From an uncultured Anaerolineales bacterium (GTDB lineage: Bacteria; Chloroflexota; Anaerolineae; Anaerolineales; UBA4823): a stretch of 64,000 nucleotides of DNA. Positions 18,579-28,782 of this stretch are shown piece by piece. The notes beneath the pieces are model-generated. The model did not search any database. It was given only the letters and a program-made list of their open reading frames with translations, and was not told the origin of the DNA. The stretch lies in the NCBI GenBank assembly GCA_937928795.1, contig CALFWB010000066.1, positions 38 to 64,037 on the forward strand, read 5' to 3'. How positions within the stretch are numbered: position 1 is the first letter of the stretch; every line of letters begins with the position of its first letter. The position numbers and the translations under genes were made by a program.

Positions 18579-20840
18579 TCAAATTTCACGACTCATTGCG
18601 TCCATAACCGCAACAGCGGCGATATTGACAATATTGCGCACCTCTTCACCGGTTTGGAGCACGTGAATCGGGGCGCCGATTCCCAATAAAATCGGGCCAA
18701 TGGCTTGAGCGTTGCCGAGGCGAGCCAACAGTTTATAAGCAATGTTGGCGGACTCAAGGGAGGGAAAGACAAGCACATTGGCATCCGAGACGCGGCTGAA
18801 GGGGTAGCGTTCTTGGATAATTTCTGGACTAACGGCTGTATCGGCTTGCATCTCACCATCAACCAATAGGTCTGGTCGCCGTTGGCGGATTAGCTCGACA
18901 GCCGTCTTGACTTTGAGCGAAAGCGGGTGAATGGTGCTGCCAAAATTGGAGAAAGAAAGCAAAGCCACCCGTGGTTCGATGCCTAATTGTTGGGCAAAAT
19001 CGGCAGCGAGGCAGGCAATCTCGGCTAAATCCTCTGCAGAAGGATCGATATTAACAGTCGCATCGGTGAACAAATACGTGCGGTCATTAACGATCATAAT
19101 ATAAACCCCAGCCGCGCGATGGGTGCCTGCTTTGGTGTGATGAATCTGAAGCGCTGGGCGAATCACATCGGGATAGTCATAGGTCAACCCGGAGACAAAG
19201 GCATCGGCATCCCCCATTTTGACCATCATCGGGCCAAAGACATTAGGGTCTAAGATGCGATGGCGAGCATCTTTGAGCGTGATCCCTTTGCGTTGGCGCA
19301 GTTGATAGAAAGCTTCGGCGTATTCTTCATATCGTTCATAATGAATTGGTTCGACAACACGTGGAGTGCAACTCAACCCAAGATCGCCTAGTTTTTGACA
19401 GATGACCTCCGGTCGACCGATTAAGATCGGCTCCCCGATCTTTTCTTCCATGATCTGATAGGCGGCGCGAATGATTTTGGGTTCTTCACCCTCAGCGAAA
19501 CAAATCCGCATCTGTCTGGGGGCTGATTTTGCCTTGTTCAGAATGTAGTAGCGGACTTGTTCTCCCATACCGAGCCGAAAGGTGAGTTGTTGGCGATAGT
19601 CTTCAATGTCGATCACTTTGCGGGCAACGCCGCTCTCGATAGCAGCTTTGGCGACAGCCGGCGCTTCCCACAGCAAAACTCGTGGGTCGAGCGGTTTGGG
19701 GATAATGTAATCGGGCCCGAATTTTAGACTTTCGAGGTTATAGGCGCGCAGGACGCTATCCGGAACATCCTCTTTGGCTAAAGCTGCCAAGGCATGACTA
19801 GCTGCCACTTTCATCTCGTCATTAATTGTCTTGGCGCGCACGTCCAATGCGCCGCGAAAGATAAAGGGAAAGCCTAGGACGTTGTTGATTTGGTTAGGAT
19901 AATCCGAGCGGCCGGTAGCAACAATCGCATCGGGACGGGCTTCTTTTGCTAGCTCATAGCGAATTTCCGGATCGGGGTTTGACATGGCGAAGATCAGCGG
20001 GCGTTCAGCCATGGTTTTCACCATTTCAGGGGTCAGAATATCCTTCACCGATAACCCATAGAAAACATCGGACTCCCGCACTGCATCGGCGAGGGTGCGC
20101 GCATCGGTTTCTGCAGCAAAGCGTTCTTTGTAGGGATTCATCCCCTCTTGGCGGCCTTTGTAAATCACACCCCGTGTATCCACCAGCAGGATGTTCTCGC
20201 GCTTTGCACCCAGTTTGACCATCAATTCTGCGCAGGAGATGGCGGATGCTCCTGCTCCGGAAACAACGATTTTCACTTGGTCGATTTGTTTCCCCACCAA
20301 TTCCAAACCATTCAGAAGAGCAGCTCCAGAGATGATGGCTGTGCCATGTTGATCGTCATGAAAGACGGGGATATCTAGCAGCGACCTTAAGGTTTCTTCA
20401 ATGTAAAAACATTCTGGCGCTTTGATGTCTTCTAAGTTGATACCCCCAAAGGAGGGGGCTATCGCACGTGCAACCTGAATGACCACATCTGGATCATGGC
20501 TATCCACCTCGATGTCGATAGCATCGACATCGGCGAAGCGTTTGAACAGAACAGCTTTGCCTTCCATGACGGGTTTGGCTGCCAGCGCGCCCCGATCGCC
20601 TAATCCCAAAATAGCCGTGCCATTGGTTATAACGGCTACGAGATTGCCTTTTGCCGTATATTCGTAGCTGGCATTCGGGTCTTGTTCGATTTCAAGAACT
20701 GGGATAGCAACGCCCGGAGTGTAGGCTAAAGACAAATCTCTTTGGGTGAGCATCGGTTTGGTCGGAATAATAGAAATTTTTCCAGCCTTGCCTTGTAACC
20801 GATGGTATTCCAAGGCTTCTTCGCGGGTAATAGTAGCCAT
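18579..20840 (-). CDS. maeB: NADP-dependent malic enzyme with C-terminal phosphotransacetylase-like domain
   Basis: [53 protein letters not shown]. Start at MATITREE. Confidence 0.95.
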   Translation of the reverse strand: MATITREEALEYHRLQGKAGKISIIPTKPMLTQRDLSLAYTPGVAIPVLEIEQDPNASYEYTAKGNLVAVITNGTAILGLGDRGALAAKPVMEGKAVLFKRFADVDAIDIEVDSHDPDVVIQVARAIAPSFGGINLEDIKAPECFYIEETLRSLLDIPVFHDDQHGTAIISGAALLNGLELVGKQIDQVKIVVSGAGASAISCAELMVKLGAKRENILLVDTRGVIYKGRQEGMNPYKERFAAETDARTLADAVRESDVFYGLSVKDILTPEMVKTMAERPLIFAMSNPDPEIRYELAKEARPDAIVATGRSDYPNQINNVLGFPFIFRGALDVRAKTINDEMKVAASHALAALAKEDVPDSVLRAYNLESLKFGPDYIIPKPLDPRVLLWEAPAVAKAAIESGVARKVIDIEDYRQQLTFRLGMGEQVRYYILNKAKSAPRQMRICFAEGEEPKIIRAAYQIMEEKIGEPILIGRPEVICQKLGDLGLSCTPRVVEPIHYERYEEYAEAFYQLRQRKGITLKDARHRILDPNVFGPMMVKMGDADAFVSGLTYDYPDVIRPALQIHHTKAGTHRAAGVYIMIVNDRTYLFTDATVNIDPSAEDLAEIACLAADFAQQLGIEPRVALLSFSNFGSTIHPLSLKVKTAVELIRQRRPDLLVDGEMQADTAVSPEIIQERYPFSRVSDANVLVFPSLESANIAYKLLARLGNAQAIGPILLGIGAPIHVLQTGEEVRNIVNIAAVAVMDAMSREI

Positions 20841-20885
20841 AAACTTTCTCCTTAGATTTTTTTCGGTACAGTGATTTAGCCTATT

Positions 20886-20963
20886 GTGTGCACTCAAAAG
20901 TTGTTGGCAACATTGCTTTGTAGGACAACTCATTGAGTTGTCCTACAACTTTTGCGTGGACAC
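20886..20963. mobile_element. MITE family A, 78 bp
   Basis: Terminal inverted repeats GTGTGCACTCAAAAGTTGT / ACAACTTTTGCGTGGACAC and internal palindrome TGTAGGACAACTCA-T-TGAGTTGTCCTACA. Near-identical inverted copy at 37765. Confidence 0.85.
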
Positions 20964-21014
20964 TAGCCTATTATACCTATAAGTAGGGCTGCGTTCCTAT
21001 GCTATAATTTCTGA

Positions 21015-21153
21015 TGATTAACCACAATCCAAAGTGGCAGCGCTAAAGCCGCTTACTTATGCACGGGAGCCTTTAAGCTGGCGCTCCGAGTCAGATAAAT
21101 CCAACTCCTAAGTCCGGGCTCAAAATTGGGCTGCGCCAAGATGTGGACAATCA
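21015..21153 (+). ncRNA. ssrS: Probable 6S RNA (compact)
   Basis: TGCTATAAT directly upstream (21000-21008). End-to-end pairing TGATT/AATCA, CCAC(A)ATC/GATGTGG and GGCAGC/GCTGCGCC. Internal GGAGC/GCTCC, with GGGAGC and CCGGGCTCAAAA segments reminiscent of 6S RNAs. No ORF. Confidence 0.6.
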
Positions 21154-21203
21154 CCGATATAATATTGACCGGCGAAGGCAAAGGATGATGAACTTATAAG
21201 ACC

Positions 21204-21638
21204 ATGGAGTCGCACGATAACCTAGTCCCGCCAGTTCAATCTTCTCCTCACATTCGGAGTTATTTGCCTCTATCTCTCGTTCTCATGGTGATTGGTTGGG
21301 GAGGATTAGCTTATTTGATTTTCTTTACTTTGCCAACGTTGGGAATGCGATGGTTATTCTATTTTCTGGCTGTCTTGGCTTTCACCGGAACAGCCCTGCC
21401 GATCATTGCCTTCTTGCACCTTCGCTTTCCCGGCAAAAACGCGACATCTGTTAGCAGCGTAGTGCGTCAGGCAATGTGGGTGGGCATCTATTTCCCTACT
21501 TTAGCTTGGTTACAAATTGCACGTGTCCTAACTTGGGGATTAGCGCTTTTCGTTGCCCTATGCATTTTGGTCATTGAATTAGCGCTAACGCTGCGCGAAC
21601 GAAGTCTATGGATAACCCCCAAAAAGGAGAGCGAATAA
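21204..21638 (+). CDS. Hypothetical 4-TM membrane protein
   Basis: Four hydrophobic segments; first gene of the selA-pepP-tsaD run. Confidence 0.8.
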   Translation: MESHDNLVPPVQSSPHIRSYLPLSLVLMVIGWGGLAYLIFFTLPTLGMRWLFYFLAVLAFTGTALPIIAFLHLRFPGKNATSVSSVVRQAMWVGIYFPTLAWLQIARVLTWGLALFVALCILVIELALTLRERSLWITPKKESE

Positions 21639-21642
21639 ATTC

Positions 21643-23013
21643 GTGGACGCACGGCGCTTGCTCCCTTCGGTTGAAAAAATCCTACAGATGAATCAGATCC
21701 AATCTTTGGTCGCAGTCTACGGGCGCAACCTTACCCTTTCAGCGACGCGTCAAGTTTTGGAAGATGCTCGAACAGCTATTTCTCAAAGGGGGTTGATTCC
21801 TAGAGAGGAGCAGATCCTAAGAGCGATAGAAGAGCATTTGATTGCTTTGACAACCCCTTCTCTGATCCCGGTCATCAATGCCAGTGGGGTTATTTTGCAT
21901 ACAAATTTAGGACGCGCTCCACTAAGTCAGGAAGCCATGCAAGCAGCTCGTCAGGTTGCTTGTCGTTACTCCAACCTTGAATATGACCTAGAAAAAGGCA
22001 AACGTGGCAGCCGCTTGTTTCACGCCGAAAAATATTTATGTCACCTAACCGGTGCAGAGGCTGCGCTGGTCGTTAATAACAATGCGGCTGCGGTTCTCTT
22101 GGCATTGGCAGCCCTAGCGAGTCGTAGAAGGGTGGTCATTGCTCGCTCACAATTGGTTGAGATCGGTGGTGGTTTTCGCATCCCAGACGTTATGCGGCAA
22201 TCGGGGGCAAAACTTCTGGAAATAGGCACGACCAACCGAGTGAATTTAGAGGACTATCGTTCCTCTATGGAGCAGAACCCCGTTTTGTTTCTGGTTGCTC
22301 ATCGCTCAAATTTCAAATTGATCGGCTTCACTGCTGAACCCAGTCTCCCTGAGATTGCTAACCTTGCCCATCAAGCCGGTATCCCTCTATTGGTCGATCT
22401 CGGCTCGGGGACGCTTATTGATACGGCAAGGTTTGGTTTAGCTCATGAGCCAATGGTTCAGGAAGTGTTGCAAGATGGGGCAGATTTGGTCTGTTTTTCG
22501 GGGGATAAGCTGCTGGGCGGACCTCAAGCAGGGATCATTGTTGGCAAGAAATTGTTTATTGAAAAACTGCGGCGGCATCCTCTTGCCCGCGCCGTCCGAG
22601 CGGATAAGATTGCCCTGGCAACGCTCTCGGCTACCTTGCTGCACTACATGAAGGAAGAAGCTATTCAAAAGGTGCCGATTTGGCAGATGATTGCGCAGTC
22701 TGCGGAGGACATTCGGCGTCGCGCCAACGATTGGAAGGCAAAACTCGCTCAACAAGGCATAAGCAGCGAGGTGATGGAAGGGATGAGCACGGTGGGCGGC
22801 GGCAGTTTACCTGAAGAGAGCTTATCAACTTATCTGCTAGCCATCCAAGCCAAGCAAGCGGAAACTTCCCTGAAACGCTTGCGCCAGAATTCTCCGCCGG
22901 TGATTGCGCGAATTGAACAAGATAAGGTTGTCTTTGACCCTCGGACGGTTTTCGTCGAAGAGGAAAATGAACTCATTGCCGCTATAAAGGCCTTAAAGGG
23001 ACAGGTGTTATGA
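21643..23013 (+). CDS. selA: L-seryl-tRNA(Sec) selenium transferase
   Basis: VINASGVILHTNLGRAPL, YSNLEYDL, LVEIGGGFRIPDVM, FSGDKLLGGPQAG. Confidence 0.96.
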   Translation: MDARRLLPSVEKILQMNQIQSLVAVYGRNLTLSATRQVLEDARTAISQRGLIPREEQILRAIEEHLIALTTPSLIPVINASGVILHTNLGRAPLSQEAMQAARQVACRYSNLEYDLEKGKRGSRLFHAEKYLCHLTGAEAALVVNNNAAAVLLALAALASRRRVVIARSQLVEIGGGFRIPDVMRQSGAKLLEIGTTNRVNLEDYRSSMEQNPVLFLVAHRSNFKLIGFTAEPSLPEIANLAHQAGIPLLVDLGSGTLIDTARFGLAHEPMVQEVLQDGADLVCFSGDKLLGGPQAGIIVGKKLFIEKLRRHPLARAVRADKIALATLSATLLHYMKEEAIQKVPIWQMIAQSAEDIRRRANDWKAKLAQQGISSEVMEGMSTVGGGSLPEESLSTYLLAIQAKQAETSLKRLRQNSPPVIARIEQDKVVFDPRTVFVEEENELIAAIKALKGQVL

Positions 23014-24251
23014 AAAAAGACCTTGACCGATTAATGCGAGAAGCTCAAATTGAGGCTATTTTCATTGTCGGTGCTGCCCAACATAATGCAGCGATGGTTT
23101 ATTTCACCGGCCGGGCGCATGTCTCGCAAGCCGAATTGATCAAAAGGGTTGGGAAGGAGCCAGTCCTCTATTATGCCTCGGCTATGGAACGCGAAGAAGC
23201 CGCCAGAACGGGCTTAAGGACCCAGTCCATTGAGGTTTATCAACCCAAACGATTATTGGAACAAGCGCAAGGAGATGCGATTTTAGCCCGCGCCTTACGC
23301 TATCAACGCATGCTTGAAGAGCAAGGCATCCATCAAGGACGGATTGCGGTTTACGGCATGAGTGATGCTGGGCTTGCTTATTCAGTTTTCTCAACGTTAG
23401 TGCGCCTAATGCCTGAAATTGAGATTATCCCTGAAGCCGATCATTCGTTATTGGGACAGGCGCGGGTCACCAAAGATGAAAAAGAACTTCAAGAAATCCG
23501 CCGTATGGGTGAAATCACGGTCGAGATTGTGGGGCTGACAGCCGACTTTCTAAGCAGCCATCTGGTCAAAGATGGGTTGCTCATCAAGAAAGATGGAGAC
23601 CCTCTCCGCATTGGGGATGTAAAGCGCCAGATCAACCTTTGGTTGGCAGAGCGCGGCGCAGAAAACCCGCATGGCACGGTGTTTGCCCTAGGCAGAGATG
23701 CAGGCATTCCGCACAGTTCCGGAGATGATCGGATGGCACTGGAATTAGGAAAGACCCTTGTGTTTGATCTATTCCCGTGCCAAGAACAAGGGGGGTACTA
23801 TTATGATTTTACCCGCACGTGGTGTCTCGGTTATGCGCCTGACGAGGTTCAAGCCCTGTATGAAGATGTCAAAAAGGCTTATCATAAAGTGGTTGAAGCC
23901 TTAAGCGTTAATGAAAAATGTTCAACGTATCAAAAACTGGTATGTGATTTTTTTGAAGCATGTGGCCATCCAACCGTACAATCGAATCCAACGACGGAAG
24001 AAGGATATGTGCATAGTTTGGGGCATGGCGTGGGACTGCAAATCCATGAGAGGCCTTGGTTCGGGGCAAATGCCAGCGAAAAGGACCTCTTAGAGGTTGG
24101 AAGTGTGTTTACAATTGAACCGGGTTTGTACTATCCCAGCAGAGGAATGGGAGTGCGGCTGGAGGACACTTATTATGTGGATGCAAACGGCAGCATCCAG
24201 CCCTTTGTCTCGTTCCCGATGGAGTTAGTGTTGCCGATCAAAGGCAGTTAA
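23010..24251 (+). CDS. M24 Xaa-Pro aminopeptidase family protein
   Basis: DFTRT, HSLGHGVGLQIHE, TIEPGLY, GVRLED. Confidence 0.9.
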   Translation: MKKDLDRLMREAQIEAIFIVGAAQHNAAMVYFTGRAHVSQAELIKRVGKEPVLYYASAMEREEAARTGLRTQSIEVYQPKRLLEQAQGDAILARALRYQRMLEEQGIHQGRIAVYGMSDAGLAYSVFSTLVRLMPEIEIIPEADHSLLGQARVTKDEKELQEIRRMGEITVEIVGLTADFLSSHLVKDGLLIKKDGDPLRIGDVKRQINLWLAERGAENPHGTVFALGRDAGIPHSSGDDRMALELGKTLVFDLFPCQEQGGYYYDFTRTWCLGYAPDEVQALYEDVKKAYHKVVEALSVNEKCSTYQKLVCDFFEACGHPTVQSNPTTEEGYVHSLGHGVGLQIHERPWFGANASEKDLLEVGSVFTIEPGLYYPSRGMGVRLEDTYYVDANGSIQPFVSFPMELVLPIKGS

Positions 24252-24268
24252 GAGGAAAAGGAAAATCT

Positions 24269-25330
24269 GTGATTCGTCCGACCGGTCAAAGGTTAACTTC
24301 TGAACCGAGTTTTCGCATCTTAGGCATTGAGTCCTCTTGCGATGAGACGGCTGTTGCCGTAGTCGAAAACGGCCGCATCATCCTTTCTAATGTTGTCGCT
24401 TCTCAAGCATCCCTTCATGCCCAATTTGGAGGTGTCTTTCCGGAAGTTGCTTCTCGCCAGCACCTTTTGAATTTTCCGCCCGTGCTTGAGCAAGCCCTAA
24501 AAGATTCTCACCTAGAGTTAAAGGACGTTGATGCTATTGCTGTTACCCGAGGTCCGGGCTTGCCTGGATCTTTGGTGGTTGGATTGAATATTGCCAAAGG
24601 GTTGGCAATGATGAGCGGCAAACCGTTAATTGGCGTCCACCATCTGGAAGCCCATCTCCTCTCCGTTGAGTTAACAGAGGAAACAGGGAATACAAATCCT
24701 TTGGTTTATCCGGCCATTGGGTTAATTGTCTCTGGCGGTCACACAGAGTTGGTATTGATTGAGGCACCCCTGTGCTATCGAGCCTTGGGGGCAACCCTAG
24801 ATGATGCGGCTGGAGAAGCCTTCGATAAAGTGGCTCGCCTGTTGAATTTACCTTACCCCGGAGGGCCCTCCATTCAGGCTATCTCCCAGCACGGAGACCC
24901 TCAAGCTTTTCGTTTTCCGCGCGCTTGGCTGGAAGGCACGTGGAATTTTTCTTTCAGTGGTCTGAAAACCGCAGTATTACGGGAGATCAAGCGACTTGAA
25001 CGGTATGGAACCGGGCTGCCCATCGAAGACCTTGCGGCGAGTTTTCAGCAGGCGGTTGTTGATGTCCTGGTCGGGAAAACGTTGCAGGCGGCTGAGGCAT
25101 TTTATGCTCAAAGCGTTGTCGTTGTCGGGGGTGTTTCGGCAAATCGCGCGCTGCGCGAAGCTTTTTTTCAACAATCGAAGCTCCCGGTTTTCATTCCGCC
25201 ATTGGAGCTCTGCACCGATAACGCAGCGATGACGGCTGTGGTAGGCTATCATCGCTATCGGAGAGGGCAGAGGGACGGGTTGGATATGGATGTCTTACCC
25301 AATTGGCCGCTTATGGAGCTATCGAGCTGA
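24269..25330 (+). CDS. tsaD: tRNA N6-adenosine threonylcarbamoyltransferase
   Basis: ILGIESSCDET, GGVFPEVASRQH, HHLEAH, DDAAGEAFDK, CTDNAAM. Confidence 0.96.
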   Translation: MIRPTGQRLTSEPSFRILGIESSCDETAVAVVENGRIILSNVVASQASLHAQFGGVFPEVASRQHLLNFPPVLEQALKDSHLELKDVDAIAVTRGPGLPGSLVVGLNIAKGLAMMSGKPLIGVHHLEAHLLSVELTEETGNTNPLVYPAIGLIVSGGHTELVLIEAPLCYRALGATLDDAAGEAFDKVARLLNLPYPGGPSIQAISQHGDPQAFRFPRAWLEGTWNFSFSGLKTAVLREIKRLERYGTGLPIEDLAASFQQAVVDVLVGKTLQAAEAFYAQSVVVVGGVSANRALREAFFQQSKLPVFIPPLELCTDNAAMTAVVGYHRYRRGQRDGLDMDVLPNWPLMELSS

Positions 25331-25367
25331 CTACTGATCGCTGAAAGCTGAATGCTGACAACTGACC
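25326..25367. repeat. Six tandem heptamers RCTGANN
   Basis: GCTGACT ACTGATC GCTGAAA GCTGAAT GCTGACA ACTGACC; the first unit supplies the tsaD stop codon. Confidence 0.8.
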
Positions 25368-25442
25368 ACAGTGTATTTTTGAATGGGAAGATGGTAACCT
25401 CGCTCACCGATTTTCAAATGATTAGCCTGCTATTTCGCAAAT

Positions 25443-25473
25443 AAAATAGGCCGAAACCCATCGGCCTATTTTT
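25443..25473. terminator. Bidirectional intrinsic terminator
   Basis: AAAATAGGCCGA-AACCCA-TCGGCCTATTTTT between the convergent tsaD and ferredoxin genes. Confidence 0.85.
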
Positions 25474-25505
25474 GGTACTTGAGTTAGCCGTTTGAAGACA
25501 AAAAA

Positions 25506-25694
25506 TTAGGCTTGGACGATGCAGTCCACCGGGCAAACAGCGGCGCACTGCGGTGAGTCATAATGCCCAACACATTCAACGCAGGTATCTGGATTGATGA
25601 CGTAGATGGTGTCGCCTTCTGAGATAGACTCGGTTGGGCATTCTGGCAAACATGCACCACAAGCGATGCAATCCTCGGTAATTTTCATTGCCAT
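25506..25694 (-). CDS. 2[4Fe-4S] ferredoxin (YfhL-like)
   Basis: CIACGACLPECP and CVECVGHYDSPQCAAVCP. AAGGAG RBS before MAMKITE. Confidence 0.93.
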   Translation of the reverse strand: MAMKITEDCIACGACLPECPTESISEGDTIYVINPDTCVECVGHYDSPQCAAVCPVDCIVQA

Positions 25695-25951
25695 AGCGAT
25701 CGACTCCTTTTTATGAGAATAACCTTCCAAAAGTTTACCTCAAGCGTAATCAACTTCAAAAATCATGTCAATTGACAAATATCATACAATACCGCAAGAA
25801 TCATCACTGATGGAACTTCTTTATCTCTGTGTTAAAATTAACTCTTGTTAGGAAAGTACCAATCTTGCTCGGCTTTTTTAGAGATTTTTTCTTTAGCAAA
25901 AGCTTTAACTAGTGGTAAGATTAGGAGCTCATAACGAGATTGAGGCAGCCT

Positions 25952-28123
25952 ATGACTGATGTATTTCAAGCTCATTACCCAAATCGCTTTCCACTCCCGC
26001 GCCGAATTCAACGCTTGGGAGAGTTAGCCTATAACCTATGGTGGACGTGGCATCCGGAGGCAGTCCGTCTTTACATGCGGATCGACCCTCTTTTATGGGA
26101 GAAAACCTATCACAACCCGATCAAATTTTTGCGGCAGGTTGAAAGGGCTAAGATCAACGCAGCGACGTTAAACCGTTACTATCTAGAAGATTACGATCGC
26201 GTCATCAGTGAATTTGATACATACATGAAGCGTCAAGACACTTGGTTTGCGCAAACATATCCGCAATGGATTTATCGACCGATTGCCTACTTCTCGATGG
26301 AGTTCGGTTTACATGAAACTTTACCCATCTATGCGGGTGGTCTGGGTGTTCTATCCGGGGATCACTTGAAAGAAGCCAGTGATTTGGGTTTGCCGATGGT
26401 GGCGGTGGGTTTCTTTTACACAGAAGGATATTTTACCCAACGCATCACCGAAGATGGGTGGCAAGAAGCCAAATATACCCATCAGATTTTCGATGATTTG
26501 CCGGTCCTCCCTGTCCTGAGTGAAGATGGGAAACCTGTGACTATCTCGGTAGAATTGCCCGGCCGTGAAGTGCAGGCGCGCTTGTGGGAAATTCATGTTG
26601 GCCGCATTCCCCTTTACCTATTGGATGCGAATGTAGAAGAAAATTCTGTCACCGATAGAACGTTAACGGCGCGGTTGTATAGTGGTGACTTAGAGATGCG
26701 CATTGCGCAAGAGTTGATTTTGGGTATTGGCGGCGTGCGCGCTCTCAGAGTGTTGGGCTTTAACCCAGCCGTTTGGCACATGAATGAAGGACATTCGGCT
26801 TTTTTGGTCTTAGAGCGAATGAGGGAATACATTGAGGCTGGAAAGTCAATCCAAGAAGCCGAAGATCTTGTCAAAGCATCCAACATTTTTACCACCCATA
26901 CGCCGGTGCCGGCAGGCAATGACGAGTTTCCCTTATGGTTGGTGGATAAATATCTTTCCCCGATTTGGACTAGTTTAGGGATGAAGCGGGAGCAATTTAT
27001 CGATTTGGGGCGAAACACAAATGCATGGGGAGATCTGTTTAGTATGCCGGTGCTTGGACTAAAACTTTCTGAAGGACGGAACGCAGTGTCGGAATTGCAT
27101 GGTCAGGTTGCTCGCAAGATGTGGCACTTTCTCTGGCCCGATTCCGATGTTGATCAGGTACCCATCACCCATATCACCAATGGGGTTCACCTCAGTACCT
27201 GGCTAGCCCGCAGGATGCGCTATCTTTTCGATGAGTACCTTGGCGAAGATTGGATTGAACGTCACGATGATTTTGAATTATGGGAAGGGGTGATGGAAAT
27301 CCCAGATGAAAAGTTGTGGGAAGTGCATCGTCATCTGAAGCGTAAACTGGCTTACTTTATTCGCGAGCGGGCGCGTTGGATGTGGGCACAAGGAAATGTC
27401 CATCCGGTTCAGGTGGTTGCTTCGGGGGTTTTGCTTGACCCTTATGCGCTCACCATCGGGTTTGCGCGTCGTTTTGCGCCATATAAACGGGCGAATTTGT
27501 TGCTCCATGATCCGGATCGATTGCTGCGAATTGTCACGCGGGCGGATATGCCGGTGCAAATCATCTTTGCCGGAAAGTCTCATCCTGATCACGAGGGAGG
27601 AAAGTTGATCATTCAAGAGATCTACCGCTATATCAAGCGGGCTGAAGTGGCGGGTAGGATGGTCTTCTTGGAGGATTACGATATGAATCTTGCCCGCTAC
27701 TTGGTGCAGGGGGTGGATGTTTGGTTGAACACGCCACGCCGTCCGAATGAAGCTTCGGGGACTTCCGGCATGAAAGCTGCTCTGAATGGAGTGCTGAATT
27801 GCTCGGTTTACGATGGCTGGTGGCGTGAAGGCTATAATGGGCAAAATGGTTGGGCGATCGGACAAGATATTGACTATGATGATCCTCAAAAACAAGACGA
27901 AGCGGATGCCCACAGCCTTTATGAACTTCTTGAACAGGAAATTGTGCCCTTATACTACCGCCGCCGCTCTTCGGACGAGTTACCCGGCGATTGGCTTTTC
28001 ATGGTCAAAGACGCCTTGCGCACGATTGTGCCTCAATTTGTAATGCGGCGGATGGTCAAAGAATATTTGGAACGACTATATAAGCCGATTCTCTCTCCAA
28101 GGGCTACAATAACCGAGTCGTAA
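25952..28123 (+). CDS. glgP: Alpha-glucan (glycogen/maltodextrin) phosphorylase
   Basis: YFSMEFG, YAGGLGVLSGDHLK, HMNEGH, EASGTSGMK. Confidence 0.95.
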   Translation: MTDVFQAHYPNRFPLPRRIQRLGELAYNLWWTWHPEAVRLYMRIDPLLWEKTYHNPIKFLRQVERAKINAATLNRYYLEDYDRVISEFDTYMKRQDTWFAQTYPQWIYRPIAYFSMEFGLHETLPIYAGGLGVLSGDHLKEASDLGLPMVAVGFFYTEGYFTQRITEDGWQEAKYTHQIFDDLPVLPVLSEDGKPVTISVELPGREVQARLWEIHVGRIPLYLLDANVEENSVTDRTLTARLYSGDLEMRIAQELILGIGGVRALRVLGFNPAVWHMNEGHSAFLVLERMREYIEAGKSIQEAEDLVKASNIFTTHTPVPAGNDEFPLWLVDKYLSPIWTSLGMKREQFIDLGRNTNAWGDLFSMPVLGLKLSEGRNAVSELHGQVARKMWHFLWPDSDVDQVPITHITNGVHLSTWLARRMRYLFDEYLGEDWIERHDDFELWEGVMEIPDEKLWEVHRHLKRKLAYFIRERARWMWAQGNVHPVQVVASGVLLDPYALTIGFARRFAPYKRANLLLHDPDRLLRIVTRADMPVQIIFAGKSHPDHEGGKLIIQEIYRYIKRAEVAGRMVFLEDYDMNLARYLVQGVDVWLNTPRRPNEASGTSGMKAALNGVLNCSVYDGWWREGYNGQNGWAIGQDIDYDDPQKQDEADAHSLYELLEQEIVPLYYRRRSSDELPGDWLFMVKDALRTIVPQFVMRRMVKEYLERLYKPILSPRATITES

Positions 28124-28134
28124 GGAAAGGGAAA

Positions 28135-28662
28135 ATGGAAATCTTGCTAAATATCCATGCTTGGCTGGGTGCCGGCATGATTTTTTTGATGCGTGTATCG
28201 GATATGACCCTTGATACTTTGCGGGTTCTGGTGGTCATGCGAGGGAAAAAATCGATCGCTTGGGTGTTAGGTTTTTGTCAATCGGCCATCTTCGTCCTCG
28301 CGATTAGTACCGTTTTGAGCAATTTGGATAACCCGCTTAACATGATCGGGTATGCAGCCGGATTTGCGACCGGCAATGTGGTCGGGATGTGGATTGAAGA
28401 GCGCTTGGCTATCGGTCATCTGCATCTAAGAATTATTAGCTCGCGCCGGGGAGCAGCCATTGCTGAAGCCTTGCGGGCTGAAGGTTACGCCGTGACCGAA
28501 ATCCCGGCGCGTGGGAAGGATGGCACGGTTTCCTTGTTAGCGATCAGTGTATTGCGTAAAAATGCCGGGAAAGTTCAAGAGATGATTCGCTCAATTGACG
28601 AGGAAGCCTTTATTACAGCCGAAGACGTGCGGCCGCTGAGGCGTGGTTTCTGGCGTCCCTAA
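28135..28662 (+). CDS. DUF5698/DUF2179 membrane protein with a PII-like C-terminus
   Basis: RVSDMTLDTLR, YAAGFATGNVVG, GYAVTEIPARGKDG, IDEEAFIT. Confidence 0.85.
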   Translation: MEILLNIHAWLGAGMIFLMRVSDMTLDTLRVLVVMRGKKSIAWVLGFCQSAIFVLAISTVLSNLDNPLNMIGYAAGFATGNVVGMWIEERLAIGHLHLRIISSRRGAAIAEALRAEGYAVTEIPARGKDGTVSLLAISVLRKNAGKVQEMIRSIDEEAFITAEDVRPLRRGFWRP

Positions 28663-28782
28663 GGGCTAAGAGAGTGGGAGAAATGTCATCTCGCAATGAT
28701 GACGATTGTAAGTTGCCCCATTGGTCAATAAACCTATACAATAAAGGTAAATATTGACTAAAGAAGTAAAGGTCTGTTGCCA

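Noticed and set aside
20841-20933. Cys-rich N-terminal extension of MaeB in the ORF track
   Set aside because: The upstream ATG lies inside the MITE. The AAGGAG RBS supports the start at 20840.
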